A DNA stretch of 64,000 bases from a virus: positions 1 through 64,000 of the IMG/VR virus record IMGVR_UViG_3300037882_002640. One strand, 5' to 3'. This document shows, in pieces, positions 1-9,825 of the stretch. The position numbers were made by a program, and so were the translations under genes. The notes under the pieces were generated by a model, which saw only the letters and a program-made list of their open reading frames with translations, was not told the origin of the DNA and made no database searches. Every line of letters starts with the position of its first letter. Position 1 is the stretch's first letter.

Positions 1-21
1 ACTCTTAAAACTCTTATACTA

Positions 22-3000
22 ATGATAAAGTATTTTAAAATATTTATTTTTTTACTGTTTCCTATATTAGCCCAGTCGCAAGCAACTGTTTTAAGTTCTT
101 TTGGCGGTTATGGTGATATAGGAACTGTTACTGGTACCGGGCCTGTATTTACGATTACTGTAACGGGTTTCGTAGGTTCTCCTAGATTCCAAGCAGATGG
201 CCCTTATGCAGCCTTTGACGTATCTATAGGGGATGTTTTGTGGGCAGATTGTGCAAGATTCGTAGTTATGGGTATTTCTGCTCCTACGTTGTCAAGTGTA
301 ATTTTGACTGTAGAAGTACCTGCAAATGATTGGGCTTTAGGGGTTGGTGTTCCTTTTAATGGAACAAGGTGTGCTCTTGTACACGAAGAAATAGGTTTAC
401 TACCTGCTCTTCCCTCTCCTGCTGATGGTAATGCTGGTTCTTTGTCTGGTATAGATGTGAACCTCTATGCTTGTATGCAAAACCACTACAATCAGTCTTT
501 GTTAACTTCGATAAATAGTCTTAACGAAATTGTTGATTACACAGGTATCAAAGACGTTATTCCTGCGGTTGCTGCAAGCACTACTACCGGACAAACTTGG
601 AGAAATTCTGTTGGTCAATTATATTATTCTGATGGTGTTTCTTGGATGTCTGATTCAGATGTAAGATACTCTACTACTTCTTTACAAGGAGTTACAGCAG
701 GACTTTACAAAATAGGGATTGATACTGTTGGTGTTGATACTATGTACATTAATAATAACGGTACATTCCGTCGTTTTGAAGCGGGGGGTAGTGTGAGCCA
801 ATCTTGTTTGGATACTATTACGATTACAGGCATAACCCCAACCCCCGTTCTAGGCACTGCAATGGTACGAAACGGAACGGTGTGGGATAACATCTCAGGG
901 TACGTTCAATCAACTGCACCTGATGGTATGATTAGTTCCATACTAAGTCCTACTCAAGCAATAGTGCAATATTGCGGCTCGTTCTCAACTACTTTAGCAA
1001 CTGGGGCTTATTACGCAGATTCCATCTCTCTTACAGGCTCCACACAAACTCCACCTACCTCTGGTTTCGTAAGGCCACTTGGCCACGTTGCTGGCGGGCA
1101 GTTTATTGTATCTTCCCTCGGAACAGTCTTCTCAGCAGGAGGTTCTTCTGGTGGTGGTTCTACTACGGTTTTGGATGGCACTACACTGGATTTCACCCTG
1201 ACCGGACAACAACTTACTGGTGAGGTAAAGGTGCAGACGCTTGATTCTACGCACATAAAAGTAGGAGGAATAGAGTTAGAAGGATTGAGTCAGGATGGTG
1301 CTGCGATAGGGCAAATTCTTCGGTGGAACGGTACTGCTTGGGTTCCCGATACTGACTTGGCAAGGGAACAAAAGTACCGACTTCAATCTACTGCGCCTGA
1401 CACTACCTACACTTGGATAGACCAAAGTACTGCCGTATCAAACGTTGCAGATGTAAAAGATTATGTATTAGGCGAATGGGAGACAATTGGTTACTTTGAT
1501 ATTACTTCAAAAGCGTATTCAAACACACCTCCATTATACGTTCTTTCTTCGGGACAAAGCAATGCAACAAGTCGAGACGGCGGTGGGAATATAAGTACAA
1601 ATCCACTAAGCACGGTTTTTAATTATTTTACAAATTCATGGGAAATAGCAAGTCCGGGCAATGCTGTCTTTAAACCCCAACCCAATTGCTTTCCTTGTAA
1701 CAACTACGTTACCAATTTTGCAAAAGCGGCGAATGTTGATGGCCGAATTGTTAAAATAGTATCGTATTCCTTTGGAAACCAAAGCATTGGTCAATGGGCT
1801 GACCCGCCTCCGTCCCCTATGGGGGATAGTCTTTTGCTGGTGCTTAATAATTCCGGGATACCACGAGTTGACGTATTCCTATGGTTCCAAGGTGAAAGCG
1901 ACCACTTAATACCTCCTGCTGCATACCCCCCTCTTTTTCAAAACGTATTGGATAGGTTGGCGACTACAGGTAAATTTAATAAGCGCAGAACACCTGTGCT
2001 GATTGCCGAAATTCCCGGTGTAAACAACGCTATGAACGAAGCGTTCAACTTTCTTGCGAACGATACAATGTCTAACATTAGGGTTGTTCAAACAAGAGAT
2101 TTACCGTTGATTGACACAGACCACCTATCAGGTACAGGGTTAGAAGAGTTAGGAAAACGATTCTATGATGTTTTTGACAATGGATTAAAAACGAATGAAG
2201 ATATTTGGTCTTATCAATCCGACTTCAAGGCATACAATACACTAAAACGAAATATTGGCATTGGGGGAGAGGCTATAACCGGAGTAAAATTAAACGTTAT
2301 AGGTAGGGAAATAACAGTAGGTACAGATTTAGTAACAGCAAACGCTGATGTCTCAACGCTTTTAGACGGAACCAAAAACGGTTATTTCACAATGCACCCG
2401 TATTTATCTACGGCACAGCGAGTAATGGCTATTGGAGGCTTTATTGGCAGCAATAATAGTGAAATTGCTTTTGGTGGAGGTTCATCTGGTCATCAACCTG
2501 CTCAAAACGTATCTTTTTGGACAGGAGCATTCGGGACTTCTGGGGGCACTCCAAAAATGAACGTTGACCCATCAGGTTACGTGTGGGTACGAGAAAGGTT
2601 AGGTATCAATACTTTTTCTGGAACAGAAAGACTCACAGTCGATGGCAACGTAGATATAAGAGGCACAGCATCTCCTTATTTGCTATTAAAAAATGCTTTT
2701 CTACAGGCAGACGTTGACCAGTTTGCAAACAACGCTGGTGGAGATTATTACACCCTTAGAACACCCGTAGGGAAGGGAATATCTCTTTTTGTGGCGGGTT
2801 CTCCTGCTGCGGGAGTGGTTGTTGCCCCTAACTCTAATGTGGGCATTAATAGAAATGTGCCACTTAACACACTTCACGTTGGGAATCCCGCTGTTATAGG
2901 AACATCGGGCGTTAGGCATTCAGTTGCCAATTGGTTTTCAACAGGAATAAATGCGGATGGCGATGGTGTAGAAAGAGACGCGGTATATTTTCAAAGTAAC

Positions 3001-3273
3001 CTTTCCGTTGCGGGTGACATAACGGGAACGCTTTCTAATGCTCAAATTGCGCAACAAGGCGCGACAACAGGTCAGGCCCTTACTTGGAACGGTACTGATT
3101 GGGTTCCTACTACATTAGAAACTGTTCCAGCAAGTATTCCAGCAAATACATTTACAGGTAGCACATCAAGTGCTGCTATTGCTAATGCTGTTCTGGCTGG
3201 TAAAGTCGCTGGCGATAAAATATGGTGGAACATGGGCGCGGGTAATGGCATATCACTCTTAATTGTAAATTAA
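22..3273 (+). CDS. Tail spike/fibre-like protein with SGNH (CE6/SASA-type) acetylesterase domain and N-terminal signal peptide
   Basis: 1083 aa; SGNH blocks SSGQSNA, FLWFQGESD, DTDHL; fibre-type motifs GQILRWNGTAWVP and GQALTWNGTDWVP; repeated NVGI/IGI beta segments; N-terminus MIKYFKIFIFLLFPILAQS-Q. Confidence 0.7.
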   Translation: MIKYFKIFIFLLFPILAQSQATVLSSFGGYGDIGTVTGTGPVFTITVTGFVGSPRFQADGPYAAFDVSIGDVLWADCARFVVMGISAPTLSSVILTVEVPANDWALGVGVPFNGTRCALVHEEIGLLPALPSPADGNAGSLSGIDVNLYACMQNHYNQSLLTSINSLNEIVDYTGIKDVIPAVAASTTTGQTWRNSVGQLYYSDGVSWMSDSDVRYSTTSLQGVTAGLYKIGIDTVGVDTMYINNNGTFRRFEAGGSVSQSCLDTITITGITPTPVLGTAMVRNGTVWDNISGYVQSTAPDGMISSILSPTQAIVQYCGSFSTTLATGAYYADSISLTGSTQTPPTSGFVRPLGHVAGGQFIVSSLGTVFSAGGSSGGGSTTVLDGTTLDFTLTGQQLTGEVKVQTLDSTHIKVGGIELEGLSQDGAAIGQILRWNGTAWVPDTDLAREQKYRLQSTAPDTTYTWIDQSTAVSNVADVKDYVLGEWETIGYFDITSKAYSNTPPLYVLSSGQSNATSRDGGGNISTNPLSTVFNYFTNSWEIASPGNAVFKPQPNCFPCNNYVTNFAKAANVDGRIVKIVSYSFGNQSIGQWADPPPSPMGDSLLLVLNNSGIPRVDVFLWFQGESDHLIPPAAYPPLFQNVLDRLATTGKFNKRRTPVLIAEIPGVNNAMNEAFNFLANDTMSNIRVVQTRDLPLIDTDHLSGTGLEELGKRFYDVFDNGLKTNEDIWSYQSDFKAYNTLKRNIGIGGEAITGVKLNVIGREITVGTDLVTANADVSTLLDGTKNGYFTMHPYLSTAQRVMAIGGFIGSNNSEIAFGGGSSGHQPAQNVSFWTGAFGTSGGTPKMNVDPSGYVWVRERLGINTFSGTERLTVDGNVDIRGTASPYLLLKNAFLQADVDQFANNAGGDYYTLRTPVGKGISLFVAGSPAAGVVVAPNSNVGINRNVPLNTLHVGNPAVIGTSGVRHSVANWFSTGINADGDGVERDAVYFQSNLSVAGDITGTLSNAQIAQQGATTGQALTWNGTDWVPTTLETVPASIPANTFTGSTSSAAIANAVLAGKVAGDKIWWNMGAGNGISLLIVN

Positions 3274-3279
3274 AAAAAC

Positions 3280-5847
3280 ATGAAACATAAAAAGTATATA
3301 ATTTTATTTATGCTACTTCCTTTTATTTCTTTTTCACAAGGGAAAGGAGCAATTACTACAAACACTGAACCTACTGCTAATCAGGTATTAATATACAATG
3401 GTACAGAGTGGGTTCCCAAATATACAGATACGTTAACTGTTGTTTCGGATGGGCAATCTAATTCAGTTGGGCAAGGCGTTCCGTCTGGCTCGTTTACATT
3501 TAAAGCAAACTTAAAAGTTTGGAACAATACTGCATGGGTAGCACCAGTGCTTGGGCAAGCACCATTTAACCCGAGCGGTGCTAATAATGCTGCCTTGCAA
3601 TTTTGCGAAAAACTTGCACGAGAAAACCCTACAACCTTAGTTCGTCTTATTCAGACGGGCAATAGTGGTCAGCCAATTTCATATTGGATTAATGCACCTC
3701 AAACGGGATACACCACTACAAATTCTGCTGTTCTTGCTGCTCTTGGAGCAACTGGCAAGGTAGATGTACTGGTATGGATTCAGGGGGAATCGGACTACCT
3801 CCGAACTCCAGCCCAATACACAACGGATTTTTACACCTTACGAAGTTTGTGGATTAGTGCTGGCTGGCTCACACCTGCCACTAAACACTTGCTTGGTGGC
3901 TTATATATAGGTTCAGGGAGTACTTTAGGCTTCCAAGACGCCACCCTACGCGCAATAGGATTAGATAGTATTGTACAAACAGGTTATGCAAATCCGTTTG
4001 GGTTAACAACTTATGATAATCTACATTGGGATTCGCCTTCTCTTACAAAGTACGGTCAGGAGGTTTTGTATAATGCCTACCGAGCAACCCCCCACCCATA
4101 TACAAGTGGTACTTCTGGGATAGAAGGTACGATTAGCAACAATGTACTCGCAAAAGGTACTACTACAAACGGAATACAAAATAGTCGCCTCACAGACGTA
4201 TCAACACTGTTGACAATATCAGACCCGTTGACAAATACACTCCATATTGTTTCTGATGCTGCACCAACACAAGGACAAGGTAATGCAAAAATAAAGTTTT
4301 CTCAGCGTTGGGCTTCATCAATTGCTGCGGGTGGGGATGACTTTGGTACTGGTGAAATGCGTATGGTAAAGTCCACTGTCGTAAACAATGGCGGTACAGA
4401 CTTTGAGTTTTGGACAAGTGGATTCGGCGCTGGAGGATTAGCCAAGCGCGGTGCATTTACTTATGATGGTGCTGTTGATGCTGTTGCTGGCTTTCGTCAA
4501 GGAGGAACAGCCGCAAATGGTACTGTGCTTATTGGTGATGGCTCCGTATTTAAAGGACTTACTCCAACTGTTACACAAATTAATGCGTGGGGAGGAGTGT
4601 CAAGAGATAACTTGGGCGTTGACAATGGTGTATTACTAAAAAGCCCAACCGTTGTCAACGGAGCAACAACAGATACAACTCTTACTATGATACCGGGGGT
4701 TTTACCTTTATTACGAATGAGGGGGGGTATCGGCACTGGGCAAGGCCCAGTAATACAGATGTTCAAAGGCGGAAACTTGGCAATGGCGTTTGGGGTGAAA
4801 AGTGCATTTGATAATAGTAATAGTAATAACGGGGTGATTAATATCACAAACGGAGATTTTGATTTTTTGGGGCCAGCAGGTGACATGGTTACAGTAACAG
4901 CCGACAAAAATTTAATAATTCATGGTCAGGCTGGTGCAGGTGTTCATCTTGCTACTTTAAATACCAATGGCAAACTTGAAAGAAGCACAATTGACCCTGC
5001 AAATCTTGCAGTAAATCTTGACCAAGCCTACAACAACTTTGGGGCAACTGCCTCTAAGGTCGTAGTAGATGCGGCAGAAGGTCAAACAGGAGGATTAACA
5101 TTTGACCATTTTGGAGCCAATAATTACACTATTAATCTTAAAGGAACTGGTGATTTCCAAATCCGTGACTCAATCAACGCAACTACTAACCTTGCTGTGC
5201 TTAGGGTCTTCGACAACGGCTATACCTCAATAGGTACCCAACCACCCACTACCGACCAGAGACTATTAGTTACAGAGAACGGCACAGGATTAAAAGCCCC
5301 TGTGAGAATAACTAACGCAACAGAACCAGTAGACGGCGATGGTGTGTTTTTTCCTATGGGTGTTGGGTCTCAAGATAAGTTTGAAATCTCTACCTACAAC
5401 CCAGTGGGTGCAGTTGAAGAGGAAACTACAATTAGTTCTTACACGGGAAGTACTAAAATTCCTTCCTTAATACTTACCCCTGCAATTGCAGAAACCAGAT
5501 TCGAGAATGCTGTGGCTTACGAAGTCTTTAACGCAACTGCAACTACTGTTCAGTTAGACGGCAGAACATCTTATGTAGATGTTCCTTCTACAGGAACCAC
5601 TACTACAATGACGCTTCCTGAAATCGTTGCTGGGTTACCCGGAACAAATCAAGTGAGAGTAGGGTATGTCCTTCACTTAAGCGTAGAGAGGGCTGTTGCT
5701 GTCACAATTTCAAGATTTGGCAGTGATGATTTGATTTATGTAGATGGTGTTGCAGGCTCATCTACTTCAATTTCAACTACTGGTGGAACTTTCTTCGCAA
5801 AAAAGATTGTAGCCATCAGTGCTAACAAATGGGCAATATATCAATAA
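3280..5847 (+). CDS. Second tail spike/fibre-like protein with SGNH acetylesterase domain and signal peptide
   Basis: 855 aa; SDGQSNS, LVWIQGESD, DNLHWD; QVLIYNGTEWVP motif; N-terminus MKHKKYIILFMLLPFISFS-Q. Confidence 0.7.
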   Translation: MKHKKYIILFMLLPFISFSQGKGAITTNTEPTANQVLIYNGTEWVPKYTDTLTVVSDGQSNSVGQGVPSGSFTFKANLKVWNNTAWVAPVLGQAPFNPSGANNAALQFCEKLARENPTTLVRLIQTGNSGQPISYWINAPQTGYTTTNSAVLAALGATGKVDVLVWIQGESDYLRTPAQYTTDFYTLRSLWISAGWLTPATKHLLGGLYIGSGSTLGFQDATLRAIGLDSIVQTGYANPFGLTTYDNLHWDSPSLTKYGQEVLYNAYRATPHPYTSGTSGIEGTISNNVLAKGTTTNGIQNSRLTDVSTLLTISDPLTNTLHIVSDAAPTQGQGNAKIKFSQRWASSIAAGGDDFGTGEMRMVKSTVVNNGGTDFEFWTSGFGAGGLAKRGAFTYDGAVDAVAGFRQGGTAANGTVLIGDGSVFKGLTPTVTQINAWGGVSRDNLGVDNGVLLKSPTVVNGATTDTTLTMIPGVLPLLRMRGGIGTGQGPVIQMFKGGNLAMAFGVKSAFDNSNSNNGVINITNGDFDFLGPAGDMVTVTADKNLIIHGQAGAGVHLATLNTNGKLERSTIDPANLAVNLDQAYNNFGATASKVVVDAAEGQTGGLTFDHFGANNYTINLKGTGDFQIRDSINATTNLAVLRVFDNGYTSIGTQPPTTDQRLLVTENGTGLKAPVRITNATEPVDGDGVFFPMGVGSQDKFEISTYNPVGAVEEETTISSYTGSTKIPSLILTPAIAETRFENAVAYEVFNATATTVQLDGRTSYVDVPSTGTTTTMTLPEIVAGLPGTNQVRVGYVLHLSVERAVAVTISRFGSDDLIYVDGVAGSSTSISTTGGTFFAKKIVAISANKWAIYQ

Positions 5848-7616
5848 TGAAACACTTAACTTTAATGTTTTTAGTTTTGGGGAGTAACTTGTATGGACAG
5901 GTTACTTTCCCCATTACGCCTGAAAATAGTATCTTACCTGTATCCTACCAACCCCCTCCTACAACATCTGCATCACAATGCGTAATGTGGGACGGAGATT
6001 CTTGGGAGTACACAGATTGGGATACTCACGGGCCTACCTTGTTCACCTCTTGGGGGTTGAATAACTTTGACGGTACTTGGGCTTCCTTGACTGGAAAACC
6101 AAGCACTTTCACCCCTTCTGTTCATAACCATACTATTGCAGAAATTACAGGACTCCAAAATGCTATTGATGCAAAGCAAGCCACTTTGGTAAGCGGAACA
6201 AATATTAAGACTGTAAACGGAATTACCTTACTTGGAGCAGGAGATATTACAGTTGGCGGAAGTGTTGCTTGGGGTTCTGTTACAGGAACTTTGAGCAGTC
6301 AGACTGATTTACAAAATGCGCTAAATGCTAAACAAGCAACCCTTGTTAGCGGTACAAACATCAGGACAATAGAAGGCCAAACTTTACTTGGTTCGACTAA
6401 TATTGATTTGGGTGCAAGTGATGTCGGTTTAGGTAATGTTACAAATGAAAGTAAAACAACGATGTTTGCCAGCCCAACTTTTACAGGTACGGTGTCTGGT
6501 GTCACTGCAGCCCATGTCGGTTTAGGGAATGTCAATAACACCTCTGACTTAAATAAACCAGTTAGTATAGCAACTCAAACTGCTTTAGATACTAAACACC
6601 CAGACATTACCTTTCAAGAAGAAGGTGTAGGATTGGGCAGTGCTGGCACGGCCACTACTGTAAACTTTACAGGGGCAGGTACAGCATCTTTTGCAGGAAA
6701 TACCCTTACTGTCAATATTCCGGCTGCTGGTTTAGGTGATGCTGTGATTGCAAACGGTCTTCAACAGTTTACAGGAACTACAAATGCAAATTTTGTAAAT
6801 CAAACCACCGTGCCTACAACCCCATCAAGTGGTAATGTTAGACTATACTCACAAGATGATATCGGAAAAATAAGATTCGTAGATGCAAATGGGCGAGTTA
6901 ATAGGTTAGAAGAGCACAGTGGGTTTTCCAACCAACGTCTCTGGTTGCCTAGTTCTGGTACTGGTGTTTCGGCAATAGGTTCAGCACCTACTAACTCTGG
7001 TACGGTATCTAATCCTACTTTGGCCACAACGTCTTTGAAAACCTCCTTAGACAGATTTACGGTAACTTCTGCCACAACAGCAGGGGCATTGGCTTATAAC
7101 AGGTCTGCTAAGTTGGAAGTTTTCAGAGGCAACGCAGCAGGCAGGGGAGGTTTCAATATGGTTGCCACTTTTAGCCTCTCCACTCTTCAGACAGGAAATA
7201 GATTTTTCGTAGGATTAAGCAGCACTGCTAACGTCAACCCCACAAATATAGACCCACTCACGAGTACAGCAGGAAGTAAGGTGGGGTTGGCCTTTAATCT
7301 CTCTACGGGAAATTTACAACTTGTTAATAACGTCAATCTAACCGCACCTACTGTACTAGATTTAGGGGCAAGTTTTCCGGTTAACAACACTAACGTTTAC
7401 AGACTTCAATTGTTCGCAGAGCCAAACGGTTCTTCGATTAATTACATAGTAGAAAACCTAACAACTCCCGCTACTGCGAGTGGTAGTTTGGCCACCAATA
7501 TTCCTGCAAATACAGATTTCCTTGGTAGGGTTATTTGGATGACAAACAACACAATTGCTGCATCTGTTGCCTATGACGTATCTAACTTCTTTTTAGAAAA
7601 TAAAATTTATCCGTAA
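5847..7616 (+). CDS. Tail fibre protein with phage tail repeats and signal peptide
   Basis: Start reassigned to ATG 5847 (TAATG overlap). Repeats HNHTIAEITGLQ, KQATLVSGTNI (x2), VGLGNVxN (x2), SDLNKPVSIATQTAL are typical of phage fibre shafts. Confidence 0.75.
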   Translation: MKHLTLMFLVLGSNLYGQVTFPITPENSILPVSYQPPPTTSASQCVMWDGDSWEYTDWDTHGPTLFTSWGLNNFDGTWASLTGKPSTFTPSVHNHTIAEITGLQNAIDAKQATLVSGTNIKTVNGITLLGAGDITVGGSVAWGSVTGTLSSQTDLQNALNAKQATLVSGTNIRTIEGQTLLGSTNIDLGASDVGLGNVTNESKTTMFASPTFTGTVSGVTAAHVGLGNVNNTSDLNKPVSIATQTALDTKHPDITFQEEGVGLGSAGTATTVNFTGAGTASFAGNTLTVNIPAAGLGDAVIANGLQQFTGTTNANFVNQTTVPTTPSSGNVRLYSQDDIGKIRFVDANGRVNRLEEHSGFSNQRLWLPSSGTGVSAIGSAPTNSGTVSNPTLATTSLKTSLDRFTVTSATTAGALAYNRSAKLEVFRGNAAGRGGFNMVATFSLSTLQTGNRFFVGLSSTANVNPTNIDPLTSTAGSKVGLAFNLSTGNLQLVNNVNLTAPTVLDLGASFPVNNTNVYRLQLFAEPNGSSINYIVENLTTPATASGSLATNIPANTDFLGRVIWMTNNTIAASVAYDVSNFFLENKIYP

Positions 7617-8887
7617 TGAATAAAATATTCTTTTTTACACTCTTACTGCTTTTTGCGGGAACTCTTAATGCTCAGGTAGTTTCTGTAGGTGGTGCAACTC
7701 CCAACGTAAGACCTGCTCTTACTATCCGGGCTACTCAATTTGCACAAGATACTTTTCTTGCTACTGAAAAAGCAGTGAGAACTTCGATAGATTTGTCTGC
7801 AACCCGTAACCTTAAGACTATTACTCAAGTTGCTCACGGCTTCACTGTAGGGCAGTGGTTGTATTTTGATGGTACGCAGTATGATTTAGCCTCTACATCT
7901 TCACTAACGACTTTGAATACTGTAGGAGTTGTTGAGCAAGTAATTGATGCTAATAACTTTGTGGTTGTTACAAGCGGTATCTCGACAATATTTACGGGAC
8001 TAACCCCAAACACTATTTACTATCTTGATGCAACAGCAGGGGCCATCACTTCTGCAAAACCTTCAAATAATATAAGAGTAGTTTTAACAAGCCTAAACAG
8101 TACAGACGGACTTGTTAACCAATACTCAACTGCGGATGATGCAACTACACAAGCCCTTACATCAGGTAGAGTAAATGCTTTATTAGATTTAGCATCTACT
8201 ACTCATATTAATACAGACCCCGGTACGAAAATCCCTTTTACGGGGACAGTTTATACAAATGGAATGACTACAAATGCTGGTAGTATCATTCCTAGCGTGA
8301 CGGGAAAGTACAGGGCAGATTGGCTTTGTATGGCAGCAAGTACTGAATTTTTAGCGGATGGTATATTCTTTGTTGTTCAAAATGGTGTAAGTGTAGGTCA
8401 AGTCTCATACAATATGAACGAAGCAAGTGCTGTAAATCAAAGTGCTGGTTTTATTGATGTTGACTTGGTGGCTAACCTACCTGTTAGTCTTCATTACAGA
8501 ACAAGGCATACAACCACTGATGGTATATCTTGGGATAGAGGTTCTTATTTTCAACTTACTCAACTTCCAACAACAGTAACTACGGTTTTGGATGGTACAA
8601 TACAGGCGTTAGACCAATCCTCAACAGGATACTTTGATATAGGTAATATGAGAATGCAATGGGGAACAGGAACTACAAATGGCATAAGTAATGTTACATT
8701 GCCAGCAGTCTTTGCTAATACCAATTACCGCGTAACAAGTTCTTTTGCTGGTAGTGGGTCGATTGTAGTAAATCCAACTGGTACAAAAACCACAGCAACA
8801 TTTCAAGTAAATTCATTTTTTGCACCTGATGGTGGGCCAAGTGGTTCTGTTAGTTTCAATTGGTTTGCTATTGGACAAAAACCTTAG
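7616..8887 (+). CDS. Tail fibre protein with gp53-like C-terminal tip domain and signal peptide
   Basis: C-terminal GYFDIGNMRMQWG...VTLPAVF...FNWFAIG matches the common gp53-like fibre tip; N-terminus MNKIFFFTLLLLFAGTLNA-Q. Confidence 0.7.
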   Translation: MNKIFFFTLLLLFAGTLNAQVVSVGGATPNVRPALTIRATQFAQDTFLATEKAVRTSIDLSATRNLKTITQVAHGFTVGQWLYFDGTQYDLASTSSLTTLNTVGVVEQVIDANNFVVVTSGISTIFTGLTPNTIYYLDATAGAITSAKPSNNIRVVLTSLNSTDGLVNQYSTADDATTQALTSGRVNALLDLASTTHINTDPGTKIPFTGTVYTNGMTTNAGSIIPSVTGKYRADWLCMAASTEFLADGIFFVVQNGVSVGQVSYNMNEASAVNQSAGFIDVDLVANLPVSLHYRTRHTTTDGISWDRGSYFQLTQLPTTVTTVLDGTIQALDQSSTGYFDIGNMRMQWGTGTTNGISNVTLPAVFANTNYRVTSSFAGSGSIVVNPTGTKTTATFQVNSFFAPDGGPSGSVSFNWFAIGQKP

Positions 8888-8891
8888 TAAA

Positions 8892-9092
8892 ATGAAAACA
8901 ATGATTTACAGTACAATTAGCCTCGCATTTATATCCACTATGGGTGGTTTGTGGAGTACTTTAATAAGTATTACTGGAGGTGTATTGTTTTTATTAGTAC
9001 AGCTTACCACCCTCAAAGAAAAAATAAATACTAACCATGAGGGCAGTTTGTCTAAATGGATTAAATCGGTATTTTTTAAATGGAAAAAATAA
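8892..9092 (+). CDS. Small membrane protein, holin-like
   Basis: Start reassigned to ATG 8892; 66 aa, long hydrophobic stretch and basic C-terminus; lies between fibres and the endolysin. Confidence 0.45.
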   Translation: MKTMIYSTISLAFISTMGGLWSTLISITGGVLFLLVQLTTLKEKINTNHEGSLSKWIKSVFFKWKK

Positions 9093-9367
9093 TAACTATA
9101 TTATCTGTATTTGCTATCGGGTACAACACAATGCAATTTTCAAAGGTATTGTTTAAAAGTAAAGTTAAATATGATTATCCTAACGTTTTTGTAACAACAA
9201 AAATAGTTCTAAGTTCTTTACTTGTGTGTTACTTGCAAGTACTATACTCCACACTCTTTGAAAACTATATTCCGACACCAGGGCAAACAAGCGCTAATTT
9301 CTTAGTTGCTTCATTGCTTACGTTAGGAAATTTTATACATAAAAACTACATATTAAATAGGGAATAA
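9080..9367 (+). CDS. Small multi-TM membrane protein (holin candidate)
   Basis: 95 aa with three hydrophobic segments. Confidence 0.45.
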   Translation: MEKIITILSVFAIGYNTMQFSKVLFKSKVKYDYPNVFVTTKIVLSSLLVCYLQVLYSTLFENYIPTPGQTSANFLVASLLTLGNFIHKNYILNRE

Positions 9368-9825
9368 TGAGATATTTAATTCTTTTATTGCTTGGGCTCG
9401 TAGCTACTATTTGCGGGGCTCAAGACACCATTACAGTAAGCGACATACCGTCTCTAAGTCTTAAAGAGACTTTAGGAATTGATAGTCATAGTTTACCTGC
9501 AGTGTTGGTTGCTAATATATTAATAATTATAGGGTTTTACTCTCCTATACTTTACAACTATGCTGTAGCTGGCAAAATAGAAAGTACTTTTCTGCAGAAG
9601 AAACAATTGATAGCTATGAATATACTCATGTCTATAGTAGCTACTACCCTAGTGCTAATTCCAAGTTTAGTTTCTTTGCTCAGTAGTGTCGGATTTACTT
9701 TTGATGTTGAGAACACCAAGCCAGCATTTGTTATACTAGGGGGTTCCTTATATTTGGCTAAGTTGAATCAAAAACTACTTAGCGATAAAACAATACAAGA
9801 TAATGACAACAGAATTAACCTGTAG
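9367..9825 (+). CDS. Membrane protein with signal peptide
   Basis: MRYLILLLLGLVATICGA-Q followed by 2-3 TM segments; TAATG coupling. Confidence 0.5.
   Translation: MRYLILLLLGLVATICGAQDTITVSDIPSLSLKETLGIDSHSLPAVLVANILIIIGFYSPILYNYAVAGKIESTFLQKKQLIAMNILMSIVATTLVLIPSLVSLLSSVGFTFDVENTKPAFVILGGSLYLAKLNQKLLSDKTIQDNDNRINL

Noticed and set aside
7616-8887. Diversity-generating retroelement target in the fibre tip
   Set aside because: No reverse transcriptase and no template/variable repeat pair were seen in the window.
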